This document shows positions 47,570 to 56,375 of a stretch of DNA of 64,000 nt, one piece after another. The stretch lies in IMG/VR virus record IMGVR_UViG_3300037418_002259. One strand, 5' to 3'. How positions within the stretch are numbered: the stretch's first letter is position 1; each line of letters starts with the position of its first letter. A model generated the notes under the pieces. The model searched no databases. It saw only the letters and a program-made list of their open reading frames with translations, and was not told the DNA's origin. A program made the translations under genes and the position numbers. This DNA comes from an uncultured virus (IMG/VR IMGVR_UViG_3300037418_002259) (lineage: Duplodnaviria > Heunggongvirae > Uroviricota > Caudoviricetes).

Positions 47570-50281
47570 ATGGTGAAGAAGAACCGGACCGCTGCCGCCG
47601 CCCCCGTGCCTGCGGTAGCTCCTGCGCGCGCTCCCCGGAAGTCGTCGCGGCTCACCGCCAAACGCGGCGGCAAGAACGCGCAGCAGCAGCCGTACGCCGG
47701 GCAGCCGTACGTCGTACAGCCGCCGCCTGGGTCGGCCGCGTGGCTCACCACGCCCGGCACCTACACGACACGTGCGAAGCGCCGCAACGCCGACGCGGTA
47801 GTCGTTCCTGTGCCGCAGCTGCCGCAACTCGGCACGGGCGCGACCGCCGTACCTGGCCTGGTTCCGGGCAACGCGATGGTCCCGGTCCAGCCCGCCGAAC
47901 TGCCCGCGCGTCGCCCGGGGGAGGCGACCCGCGAAGTAGTCGCCGCTGGAAGCCGCCTCGCGTGGAAGCACCGCTGGCAGCTCACCCCAGTCGTTGCCAG
48001 CGCGACCACCGCGGTCGGAGCCGGCGCGGTCTCCCCGGTGCTGACCGTGCTCGGCCTCGCCGCCGTGGCCGGAGCGGGCTATTGGACGGCGAAGAAGGGA
48101 CCAGAAGAGATCCAGGGCCGAGTGTGGCTGTCCCGCGTCGAGCGTGAGATCGTCGGACGCTGGGCAGCCGGCGCGGCAGTCTGGGCGGCCGGGCTCGGGA
48201 TCGCCAACAGCCAAGGGATCCACTGGACCGGTACTGGTTTCCTGGTCGCCATCGGCGCGCTCGGTGTGCTGACCGGCACCCCGGTTGCGGGGTGGCTGAA
48301 GTCGCGGAAGATCCGTGACGCCGACGTCATCGACGGCGACGCCAAGGAACTGTCCGACGGCGCGCTCCAACTCATGGCCGCGTGGCCGCATGCTGTCGCG
48401 GAGGACGACGCCCCGGACAAGCTGTACGGATCCGTGGTCGTCGACATCGACGAGCCCAACCCGGGAACGATGGTCGCTCGGATTCAGCTGCGCCCGGACG
48501 TTCACGGCGAGGACGTCGCGACCGCCGAGACCCGCAAGTGGCTGGAGCGGGCACTGCGGATGGGGGTCGGTACCGCGAAGGTCCGCACCGTGCGCGACGA
48601 CGCTGGCCAGGTCGAGATGGTGCTCACACCGTCACGTCACCTGGAGAAGACGTCGCGCGATTGGCAAGGGCCGCGGCTCCACGACGACGGCCGCGCGCCG
48701 ATCGCTGTCACCCCATCGGGCCGAGACGCCAACGTCCGCTTGTTCGACAAGAACGGCGTGCGGCACATCATCCTGATCGGGTCCTCGAACTCCGGGAAGA
48801 GCAACGCGTACAACGTCGTGCTGCTGCCGATGGTGCTCAAAGGGCTGTCCGTCGTGTTCTACGTCGACGGCAAGCGCGGCACCTCCTCGCCGGAACTCGC
48901 GGAGATCATGGACGTCGCCGCGATCACCGAACAGGCGTGGAAGCGCACGATCCGGATGGTGTACCGGATCCTCGTCGCTCGCGAAGAGCGGTACGGCCGG
49001 ATGGGACAGTCCCGGTTCGATGTGTGGACCGCCGACGACCCCGTGATCGAGCTAGTGATCGACGAGGGCAAGACCGTCCAGTCGGTCATCGACGGCAAGC
49101 CCGAAGAGCGCATGGTCGAGGCGATCTCCGAGCGTGGCCGCGCGCTGGGGGTGTCGCTGAAGATCGCCGTACAGAACGTCGAGGCCGGGCAGGTCCCGGG
49201 CGGCATGAACGTGAAGACCAACCTCATGGGTGCCGGCGGCAACGTGATCGGGCTCCGGCCCGGCACGGTGACCGGTGCGACGATGACGCTGTCGGCGACG
49301 TCTCAAGAGGTCGACCTGCGCGGCCTTCCTCCGGACGGCGGCTGGTGCGCGATCCTGACCGGTGGCGTGGTCGAGTCCGAGCAGGCCAGGGTCGAGTGGA
49401 TCGACGGCCCCGACGTGATCGCGCCGTACCTCGACGGGTTCGCGCGGCGCACCCTGACAGGCGCTGACCTGACCGCCGCCGACGCCCCGGACGAGTACGA
49501 GGACGGCGTGAGCGGTCTGTACTCGGATCGGTTCACGGGTACGGACTGGCTCGCCGGCATGGCACAGGAGCGTGCCAACGCCGGGCAGACCACGCTCCCG
49601 ATGCCGTCTCCGGCCCCGGTGCCCTCCGACTCCGCGGCTGGCGAGCCAACTGCCGCGGAGTCGGAGCCGGTTACTGGCTACGACGTCGCGGTGAAGATCA
49701 ACGAAGCGACCGCGAGCCTGCGCGGCACGCTGCGGGCCGCGAAGGTCGAGCAGGGGGAGCAGTCGCGGCAGGCAGTCCTCGACGCGATCGCGGACGCCGG
49801 CGCGGACGGCGCGACCAGCAAGATGGTCCAGGCGATCACTGGGCTGGCCAAGGCCACCGCGAACCGCCACATCGCCAAGCTGGTGGAAGACGGCAAGCTT
49901 GTCCGCTCGGGTGACGTCATTCACCTGGCGAGCACCGTCCAGGACGACGTCCCGTCCGCAGAGGACACCGAGGCTGGCCCGGCGCTGGCGCTGGTCGTGG
50001 ACAACACCAGCGCCGGGCCGCTGCCCTCCGAAGAGACCGCGGAGGCAGCCGGTGAGCCGGTCCGGCGAGAGGCCGAAGCCGGGGAACGCGACACGACCCG
50101 CGACGTGATCGTGGCGCACCTGCGGGAGCACGGCGTGGTCCAGAAGGGTGAGCTGATCAAGGCCACGCTCACCTCGGAGGCCAACGTTCGGCGGGTCCTC
50201 GACAGCCTGATGGCCAGCGGCGAGGTCGAGCGCGCCGGGCACGGCTGGTACCGGCTCGCGCAGCGTTCACAGGCCAACTGA
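47570..50281 (+). CDS. TraB-like FtsK/SpoIIIE DNA translocase
   Basis: N-terminal TMs; GSSNSGKS Walker A; VIDE Walker B; GRALGV; C-terminal wHTH-like repeats. Confidence 0.8.
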   Translation: MVKKNRTAAAAPVPAVAPARAPRKSSRLTAKRGGKNAQQQPYAGQPYVVQPPPGSAAWLTTPGTYTTRAKRRNADAVVVPVPQLPQLGTGATAVPGLVPGNAMVPVQPAELPARRPGEATREVVAAGSRLAWKHRWQLTPVVASATTAVGAGAVSPVLTVLGLAAVAGAGYWTAKKGPEEIQGRVWLSRVEREIVGRWAAGAAVWAAGLGIANSQGIHWTGTGFLVAIGALGVLTGTPVAGWLKSRKIRDADVIDGDAKELSDGALQLMAAWPHAVAEDDAPDKLYGSVVVDIDEPNPGTMVARIQLRPDVHGEDVATAETRKWLERALRMGVGTAKVRTVRDDAGQVEMVLTPSRHLEKTSRDWQGPRLHDDGRAPIAVTPSGRDANVRLFDKNGVRHIILIGSSNSGKSNAYNVVLLPMVLKGLSVVFYVDGKRGTSSPELAEIMDVAAITEQAWKRTIRMVYRILVAREERYGRMGQSRFDVWTADDPVIELVIDEGKTVQSVIDGKPEERMVEAISERGRALGVSLKIAVQNVEAGQVPGGMNVKTNLMGAGGNVIGLRPGTVTGATMTLSATSQEVDLRGLPPDGGWCAILTGGVVESEQARVEWIDGPDVIAPYLDGFARRTLTGADLTAADAPDEYEDGVSGLYSDRFTGTDWLAGMAQERANAGQTTLPMPSPAPVPSDSAAGEPTAAESEPVTGYDVAVKINEATASLRGTLRAAKVEQGEQSRQAVLDAIADAGADGATSKMVQAITGLAKATANRHIAKLVEDGKLVRSGDVIHLASTVQDDVPSAEDTEAGPALALVVDNTSAGPLPSEETAEAAGEPVRREAEAGERDTTRDVIVAHLREHGVVQKGELIKATLTSEANVRRVLDSLMASGEVERAGHGWYRLAQRSQAN

Positions 50282-50358
50282 TGCCGGGTCGGGCACGATC
50301 CGGGGACACGCCGAAACAGCGCGCCGCGCGTCACGCGATGAGCCGTTACGGTGACGGA

Positions 50359-50607
50359 ATGACTCCACCGAAAGACGAAGCGGCGATCGCTTCGGCCAGG
50401 GCCGACGCCCTGGCCGAGATCGACCAGATCGAGAAGGCCGAGAAGGTCGTCGGCCGCCACCGCGCCGCCCGCGACGCAGCCATCCACAAGATGAACAAGG
50501 CCGGCCGCTCCGTCCCCGACATCAGCCGCGACCTCAAACTCCCGGCCAGCACCATCCGCCAGGCGATCAAGAACCACATCGTTCGCTCGGCTGCCGGCCA
50601 AAGCTGA
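50359..50607 (+). CDS. small HTH protein
   Basis: RDAAI......G.SV.DISR.LKL..STIR; start uncertain. Confidence 0.6.
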   Translation: MTPPKDEAAIASARADALAEIDQIEKAEKVVGRHRAARDAAIHKMNKAGRSVPDISRDLKLPASTIRQAIKNHIVRSAAGQS

Positions 50608-50634
50608 CGACCGACACGACGTCAGGAGACCCCG

Positions 50635-52035
50635 ATGAACGCCCTCAACCAGTGGGCCAACGACAACCTGGTGCTGATCATTGTCGGCGCAGTCGTCGTG
50701 CTGGCCGCCGTAATCCTGGTCGCCCGAGCACTACTCCGCGCGCGCGCCGTCCGCGGTGGGATGACCGCCGAGCAGCGTGACCGCCGGCACCGCCGCATCG
50801 AGGATGCGCTCACCATCGCGGTGGCCGCGGTCGCCTCCGGCCTGTCGATGACCGGGCTCTGGTTCTACGCCCAAGACGTCCTGCACCTGACCGGGCCGTG
50901 GCGCGTGCTGCCGTACTTCGGCCTCGACGCAGCGGTCATCGTCTGCGCGATCCGCGCCCGCCGCCGAGCCCGCAACAACGAGGCTGCCGGCTGGAACGGT
51001 CGGCTCGTCTGGATCTTCGCCGTCATCTCGGCAGTGTTCGGATTCTCCGAGGGCGGATCGCTGTGGGGCGGGTTCGGCCGCGCCGTATGGCCGCTCATCG
51101 CCGCGACCCTGTTCGAGCTGGGTCTGATCGAGCAGCGCCACGCCGCACAGCGCAGCACCGAGCGCCGACTCAACCTCGGGTGGGCGCACCCCATCGAGCG
51201 GCTCCGCGTGTACTCCGCACTGTCTGCTGACTCGACCCTGACCGCCGACGAGGCCACGCGCCACGTGCGCGCCAACGCGGCCGCCCGCGCGCTGTACCGG
51301 CTCCGGCACGCCGACGAGGCCGCCGCCCGGGGCAGGTGGTTCGCGCCGGTGCGCAAGCGCCGCACCGAGCGCCGCACTCAGCGCGTGCTGCTGCGCGCGC
51401 GGTTCTCGGATCCCCAGATGGCTGCAGAGGTCATGCAGCGGATGCAGTCGCTCGTGCGGACCCTCGACTTCGCGCGGATGGACTACACCGACCTGGACGC
51501 GGCGCGAGACATGATGGTCGCCTCGATCGACAACAGCGTGCTCCCCACGCACCACAAGCGGACGCGCCCACCGGTGCCGCGCCGGCCCGAGCCGAAGACC
51601 ACGCCCGCTCCGCCCACCGCAGAGGCGAGCAACACGCCGAAGCCTGCCGCGCCGACGACTCAGCCGGACGCGCACGCGACCGACCCGGCTCCCGCGCCGG
51701 AGCGCGCCGACGCCCCGACCGCGCGCGCCGCTGGCGACCAGGACGCGCGCAGCATCGAGGAGGTCGTCCGCGAGATCGCGCGCGAGATGATCGCCGAGGA
51801 CGACAGCGCGAAGCCGAACGGGACCGAGGTACGGCGGCGCGCAGGGCTGGATCGCAATGACAAGCCGGTCCCGCAGACCACGCGCGACTGGATCAAGAGC
51901 GAGTACGACGCGTATCTGGAAGCGCGCGAGGCGCGCGCCGATCTGCGCGCCGAGACGCACCTCGCCGACCCGGCCGAGGAAGACACCGACACCGATGGCG
52001 CGTCGCCGGCGCGCCATGTCAGGATCGCAGTCTGA
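50635..52035 (+). CDS. Spd-like membrane protein (plasmid spread)
   Basis: Several N-terminal TMs, Pro-rich linker, C-terminal domain; RBS AGGAGAC; next to traB. Confidence 0.6.
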   Translation: MNALNQWANDNLVLIIVGAVVVLAAVILVARALLRARAVRGGMTAEQRDRRHRRIEDALTIAVAAVASGLSMTGLWFYAQDVLHLTGPWRVLPYFGLDAAVIVCAIRARRRARNNEAAGWNGRLVWIFAVISAVFGFSEGGSLWGGFGRAVWPLIAATLFELGLIEQRHAAQRSTERRLNLGWAHPIERLRVYSALSADSTLTADEATRHVRANAAARALYRLRHADEAAARGRWFAPVRKRRTERRTQRVLLRARFSDPQMAAEVMQRMQSLVRTLDFARMDYTDLDAARDMMVASIDNSVLPTHHKRTRPPVPRRPEPKTTPAPPTAEASNTPKPAAPTTQPDAHATDPAPAPERADAPTARAAGDQDARSIEEVVREIAREMIAEDDSAKPNGTEVRRRAGLDRNDKPVPQTTRDWIKSEYDAYLEAREARADLRAETHLADPAEEDTDTDGASPARHVRIAV

Positions 52036-52054
52036 CGCGCGCCGCGTAGAAAGC

Positions 52055-52087
52055 ACGAAGCCCCCGGTTACTAGCCGGGGGCTTCGT
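52055..52087. terminator. bidirectional hairpin terminator
   Basis: acgaagcccccggtta/tagccgggggcttcgt between convergent genes. Confidence 0.75.
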
Positions 52088-52098
52088 CATGTCCGGTG

Positions 52099-53169
52099 CT
52101 ACTCAGCTACCGGATCCTCCGGGGCCGTGCGCTCGGCCACCAGGTTCCGCCGCGCGGTCGGATGCTCCGCCAACGCCGTCCGCAGCTCGGCCGCGGTCGT
52201 CATCAGGTAGACCTGCGTCGTCTGCAGCGACCCGTGCCCGAGCAGTTCCTTCAGCGCGTTACCGACCACGCCACCCTCAGACCAGCGCGTCGCGGTTGTG
52301 TGCCGCAGCGCGTGCACGAGCGCGCCGCGCTCACGCTTCGACTCCACGCCGGCCGCCCGGTACACCAGGCGCACCATGTACTGGGTCCCCTGACGCTTCA
52401 GCCGCTCACCCTTCCGGTCCACGAACAGGGGAGCCTTCGGCGGGAACCAGTCCCAGATGGGCGCGTCCTCTGCGACGCCGCGCGTGCGCACCCGATCGGG
52501 GAAGCGCGCGCGCCGAGACTGCAGATACCGCTCCAGGATCACCAGGTCAGCGTGCTCGATCGGGACCACGCGATCCTTGTCGCCCTTGCCCCGGATCCGC
52601 ACCCGCTCGTTGCCGGCGGTGAACGTGACGTCGCCGATGTTCATACCGACCAGCTCCGCCAGCCGCACGGCCGTCGCCAGGAACGTGTTCACGACCGCCA
52701 GGTCCAGTTCCGGCCACGGGTCGCGCCGCTTCACCGATGCGTCCAGCACCGCAGTCAGGATCCGCATCTCGTCCTCAGCCGCGAACGCCTTCGGTAGCCG
52801 TTTCTGCGGGGCCGGACGGTAGATCCCGGCCATGGGGGAGCCGTCGACCAGGTCCTCACTGACCAGGAACTTGAAGAACTCGGACCAGGTCGAGTGGCAC
52901 CGCCGAACGGTCGCGGTGCTCCGCGGCCCCGAGTACGCCGCGAACGCTCGCCGCAGCACCGCCAAGTTCCGGATGTCCGCGAGCGTCACCTCGGCTCGCT
53001 GCACCCGCAGATGCCGCGCGACCTCATCGAGCACCTGCCGCAGGTCCCGCCCGTACGCCTCGCGAGTGAGGGCCGACTCCTTCTTCGACGCGCGTGCCAC
53101 GAAGAACTCCTCGATCGCGCGCTCCACCTCGCCGAGCGCACGCGGCTCGGCGGCCGGCTCCGCGCTCAT
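52099..53169 (-). CDS. XerC/D-like tyrosine recombinase
   Basis: Core-binding domain; catalytic R (AVRLAE), K (RGKGDK), HALRH, LLGH, Y (TQVY); no long N-terminal arm-binding domain. Confidence 0.92.
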   Translation of the reverse strand: MSAEPAAEPRALGEVERAIEEFFVARASKKESALTREAYGRDLRQVLDEVARHLRVQRAEVTLADIRNLAVLRRAFAAYSGPRSTATVRRCHSTWSEFFKFLVSEDLVDGSPMAGIYRPAPQKRLPKAFAAEDEMRILTAVLDASVKRRDPWPELDLAVVNTFLATAVRLAELVGMNIGDVTFTAGNERVRIRGKGDKDRVVPIEHADLVILERYLQSRRARFPDRVRTRGVAEDAPIWDWFPPKAPLFVDRKGERLKRQGTQYMVRLVYRAAGVESKRERGALVHALRHTTATRWSEGGVVGNALKELLGHGSLQTTQVYLMTTAAELRTALAEHPTARRNLVAERTAPEDPVAE

Positions 53170-53489
53170 CAGTGGATCCTCGGGGCCGGGGGTGGTGGGG
53201 GAGGAGCGGGCAGGACCGGGACCTCAAGCCGGGGCCGCGCGGGGGTCATCGGCGGCCGTGGATCGAACCCGGCTTCGCGCGCTCGGTCAAGCAGCCGTTG
53301 CAGTCCGGTCATCTGACGCCGGATCTCGGCCGCCAGATCCTCGGCGCGCTGCGCCCGGTCCTCCAACTCCAGGACACGGCCGGCGCGCGAGTCCGCGTCG
53401 ATCAGCGCGCGCAGACGCGCGCCGAGGTCGTAGTCCAGGTGCTCGGCGAGCGCGTGCAGCCGCTCGTCCTCCGAAGCGCGCGCGTTCAC
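53169..53489 (-). CDS. coiled-coil hypothetical protein
   Basis: Coupled to both neighbours. Confidence 0.55.
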   Translation of the reverse strand: MNARASEDERLHALAEHLDYDLGARLRALIDADSRAGRVLELEDRAQRAEDLAAEIRRQMTGLQRLLDRAREAGFDPRPPMTPARPRLEVPVLPAPPPPPPAPRIH

Positions 53490-53689
53490 CGCGAGCCCCG
53501 ATCGGCGCGCGCCCGGTACACCCTGACCCCGTAGCTCGCGGGCAGCGATACGAGACAGCAGATGCCCCACACCACGTTCTGGTGCGCGAACAGCGCGGGC
53601 ATCCCGATCGCGAAGCACGCGCCGACTACAACCGCGCACGCGATCATCCGCAGCCGGTCGCTCGGCGCGCTTACCTTCCGCGCGCTCAC
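53486..53689 (-). CDS. small two-TM protein
   Basis: 4-nt overlaps; hydrophobic. Confidence 0.55.
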   Translation of the reverse strand: MSARKVSAPSDRLRMIACAVVVGACFAIGMPALFAHQNVVWGICCLVSLPASYGVRVYRARADRGSR

Positions 53690-54240
53690 TGGCCACGCTC
53701 CCGTCGCATCCGGGCTGCGCGCAGCGCCGCCTCATCGAGCAGTGCAGCGCTGGCACCAGCCGGGGGAGCACCGAAGATCACCGGTCCTCCGACTGGTCCG
53801 TTGTGACCGAGGAACCCACCAGTCCAGACCGGTCCTACCGGGCGGAGGAGGTCGTCGGAGGCGAGCATCAGGCGCAGCGTCGGCTCGTGGAACGACAGCT
53901 TGAACCCGCTGGTGACATCACGTGCCTTCTGGACACGGGCGTCATCGATACACATCGGGCAGCCGCGTACCGAGCGCTTGTGCTCGGGGTGTTCTCCGAT
54001 GAGCGCGCGCAGGTAGGCCACGAGCGCGTCGGGCTCGTCGAGCCAGCGCTGGTAGTCGTGCATGCGTGCTGGCCAGACTGCGCGCGAGCTATCGACGATC
54101 GCACTCTCGTGGCATCCCTGTGCCGCGTCGTGCGCGCGCCAGGTGTCGGGGAGCGCGCAGCGCGAGTCGGTCTCGGGGGAGCGCGCCGGACAGGTCCGCG
54201 CGCGCTTCTCCTGGCGCGCGCCTTCCGCGCGCGCGCTCAC
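53686..54240 (-). CDS. hypothetical protein
   Basis: 4-nt overlaps; alternative start at 54063. Confidence 0.55.
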   Translation of the reverse strand: MSARAEGARQEKRARTCPARSPETDSRCALPDTWRAHDAAQGCHESAIVDSSRAVWPARMHDYQRWLDEPDALVAYLRALIGEHPEHKRSVRGCPMCIDDARVQKARDVTSGFKLSFHEPTLRLMLASDDLLRPVGPVWTGGFLGHNGPVGGPVIFGAPPAGASAALLDEAALRAARMRRERGQ

Positions 54241-54752
54241 TGCGCGTCCTCATCGCCGCGCGCGTCCTGCGGTGCGCGCTGGCTGGTGCTGCCGTACTGG
54301 ATCCCGCCGCGCGCTGCGTGCAGCACGACGTGCGCCGGAGCCGCGTTCACGGCATCTCCGATCGGGTCGCCGAAGCGCGCTCCGTGCAACTCGACCGACT
54401 GTGAGCCGATGACATGCGGGGGGAGGGTGACGCGCTTTCCGGTCGGATCGTTCGGGCGCGCGGCTTCAGCGCAGCCTTCCTCGTGCGGGGTGACCCACAG
54501 CACGCTGCGCGTCTGGTCCTCCCATTCGAGGGTGACGCCGCCCGGGGGCTGCTCGGTCTTGCTGTTCACGATCACAGCGGCCGGCCGGTTGCAGGTCCCA
54601 CACGGTCGGTGCGTGCCGCCGGTGAATCCGGTCATGGTCAGTTGGGGGCGCTGGCCGACGAAGTGTGCGGATCCTTCGCCGATCGGTACGCCGTCGAGGT
54701 ACGCGGTGCCGGTCCCGAGGACGGGCTGGGGAGGGGTGTGGTGGTCGCTCAT
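54237..54752 (-). CDS. hypothetical protein (probably leaderless)
   Basis: TACGAT 6 nt upstream of the ATG on the minus strand. Confidence 0.55.
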   Translation of the reverse strand: MSDHHTPPQPVLGTGTAYLDGVPIGEGSAHFVGQRPQLTMTGFTGGTHRPCGTCNRPAAVIVNSKTEQPPGGVTLEWEDQTRSVLWVTPHEEGCAEAARPNDPTGKRVTLPPHVIGSQSVELHGARFGDPIGDAVNAAPAHVVLHAARGGIQYGSTSQRAPQDARGDEDAQ

Positions 54753-54766
54753 CCGTCCATCGTAGT

Positions 54767-54794
54767 TTGAAGCATAATCATGGTTCTGTTTAAC
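54767..54794. other. dif-like 28-bp recombination site
   Basis: TTGAAGCATAA-TCATGG-TTCTGTTTAAC, an 11-6-11 AT-rich island at the head of the operon ending in the recombinase. Confidence 0.55.
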
Positions 54795-54829
54795 TCGCCG
54801 GAAAATCGCGCTCAGAAGGGGTTCGGTTT

Positions 54830-54904
54830 GGGGTTCTGTTTGCCCTCCGAGCCGATCCGGGCAAACAGAACCCCCTGAGCCGGGGTTCGGTCTCAGGGGG
54901 TTTC
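54830..54904. terminator. overlapping hairpins (terminator region)
   Basis: 16-bp IR at 54830-45/54859-74 and a second IR at 54868-54904. Confidence 0.55.
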
Positions 54905-54917
54905 GGTGGCCGGCGAG

Positions 54918-55124
54918 CTAGGCGGCGAGGCGGTACGTCTTGGTTTTGGTGCCGACCTTCACCCGCAGCTCGCACTGCTCCGGGCGGCGCTTGTGTGCCT
55001 TCGCCATGGTCTTCAGCACGCTCAGACAGGCGTCTTCGTCGCCCTGGTCGACCACAACGGTGGTCGTCTCCAGGTGGTTCGTACGGCCTCGTTTGCCGAT
55101 CTCGCGGAGTTCTACGCGCGCCAT
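54918..55124 (-). CDS. small hypothetical protein
   Basis: RBS AGGAGAC on the minus strand. Confidence 0.65.
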   Translation of the reverse strand: MARVELREIGKRGRTNHLETTTVVVDQGDEDACLSVLKTMAKAHKRRPEQCELRVKVGTKTKTYRLAA

Positions 55125-55404
55125 GATCCGGGGTCTCCTGTCGTCCGGGGTACGCGTCCATTGGACCCGATTTCGGGCCGAAAGTCCCGCGTTTCCTGGC
55201 TCCCTCGCGCGCGTTACGCGCAACGCGCGCGCCTGCGCGCGTAGGGCCGATCTTAGGCGCTCGTGTGAGCCTGTGAGCCGTGTGAGCCCGCGGGCGTGTC
55301 GCGGCACGTCATGCGCGGGTTCGTACGTGCGTGACGGGGGTGCGCGTGATGCGTGTGCAACGTGTCGCGCGGGCGAGTTGCGCCGGCGCGGGCGTCCGCT
55401 CGAT

Positions 55405-55447
55405 GCGTGCACACCCGCTTGCCTTCCACGCTAAGCGGGTATACGCT
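55405..55447 (+). promoter_or_regulatory. class-B promoter with imperfect upstream inverted copy
   Basis: TTGCCT-17-TACGCT with GCTAAGCGGGTA. Confidence 0.75.
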
Positions 55448-55456
55448 TGAAGTGTT

Positions 55457-55581
55457 GGGAGCGCGGCAGCAAGCGGAGCGGTGAAACGCCCCGGGCGCTG
55501 ATGGCGGACAGCCTCACGGCAGTGAGGTCCGTTGGACGGCACGGAGGAATCCGAGCGAAGGTTCGAACCCTTCCGCTCCCC
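55457..55581 (+). ncRNA. tRNA-like RNA lacking an anticodon loop
   Basis: GGGAGCG/CGCTCCC acceptor stem, canonical T-arm GAAGG-TTCGAAC-CCTTC, D-like arm; directly downstream of a class-B promoter. Confidence 0.65.
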
Positions 55582-55631
55582 ACACCAAGCACCGGGAAGA
55601 GCAGCCCGGCCGGAGACACAGGAGACCCGAG

Positions 55632-55892
55632 ATGCCCGCAGCGATCCTCATCACCGTCGACCACCTCGACCCGTTCGCCACCGACTCGACCCCCGTCAAG
55701 GCGACCAGGCTCCGCGAGGGCATGGTGATCATGGACCCCGAACTCGGCACCCCGGCGCTGTGGCTCGACCACCGCACCCGCTCGACCCGCGGGTCCGGCA
55801 GCGTCTCGTGGTACGCCCACGACTTGGAGACCGGCCGGTTCGGCCCGCACACCTTCCACGAGAACCACCAGGTCAACGTCCTCGCGGACTGA
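55632..55892 (+). CDS. hypothetical protein
   Basis: Hairpin plus AGGAGAC RBS. Confidence 0.7.
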   Translation: MPAAILITVDHLDPFATDSTPVKATRLREGMVIMDPELGTPALWLDHRTRSTRGSGSVSWYAHDLETGRFGPHTFHENHQVNVLAD

Positions 55893-55894
55893 CC

Positions 55895-55948
55895 CGACGC
55901 GACACAACCGCACCACCCATCACACCGTGGCCGGAAGAGCAGCCGGCC
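55895..55948 (+). promoter_or_regulatory. degenerate class-A promoter plus AAGAGCAG hairpin
   Basis: CGACGCGACACAAC-N14-CACCGT; hairpin at 55929-48. Confidence 0.55.
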
Positions 55949-55964
55949 CGAACAGGAGACCGAA

Positions 55965-56375
55965 ATGGGCAACAACACGCCTGAAGGCACCTTCGACTAC
56001 GACGTCACCGAAGGCGGCGTACTCGTGTACTTCGGCCCGGAGAACGGGCTGGACCTGACCACCCCGAGCGAGAACCCGATCGAACAGCGGGCGAACGTCG
56101 AGCGCGTGATCCGCGTGCTGCGGATGTTCGCGGCAAACCCCGACTCGACCGGCGTCCTGGACCTGGTCGAGAACGCGCCCGAGCCCGCACTGTTGGAGGC
56201 GCTGGCCGCGAACGCAGACGAGGTCATCGCCGAGCTGGAGCGGTACGCACGCGAGATCGGCAAGCCGTGCCGCGCGTGCGGCGGCGAGGGCGGACAGGAG
56301 AGCGGGCGCGATGGGCTCGACTGGACGGTCTGCACCGCCTGCGCCGGCACCCGAGTTGGGGAGTCGGCGGCGTAG
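55965..56375 (+). CDS. hypothetical protein with CxxCxGxG zinc finger
   Basis: Hairpin plus RBS; CRACGGEG..CTACAG. Confidence 0.7.
   Translation: MGNNTPEGTFDYDVTEGGVLVYFGPENGLDLTTPSENPIEQRANVERVIRVLRMFAANPDSTGVLDLVENAPEPALLEALAANADEVIAELERYAREIGKPCRACGGEGGQESGRDGLDWTVCTACAGTRVGESAA

Noticed and set aside
55264..55288. TGTGAGCC x3 as the TraB clt locus
   Set aside because: Only three copies with irregular spacing, 5 kb from traB; too weak to call.
55480..55545. Hammerhead ribozyme (GAAA and CTGATG present)
   Set aside because: The core reads CTGATGG rather than CTGANGA, and there is no stem I or NUH site between the elements.
55457..55581. Canonical tRNA or tmRNA gene
   Set aside because: No 7-nt anticodon loop, too long for a tRNA, and too short for tmRNA with no tag ORF.
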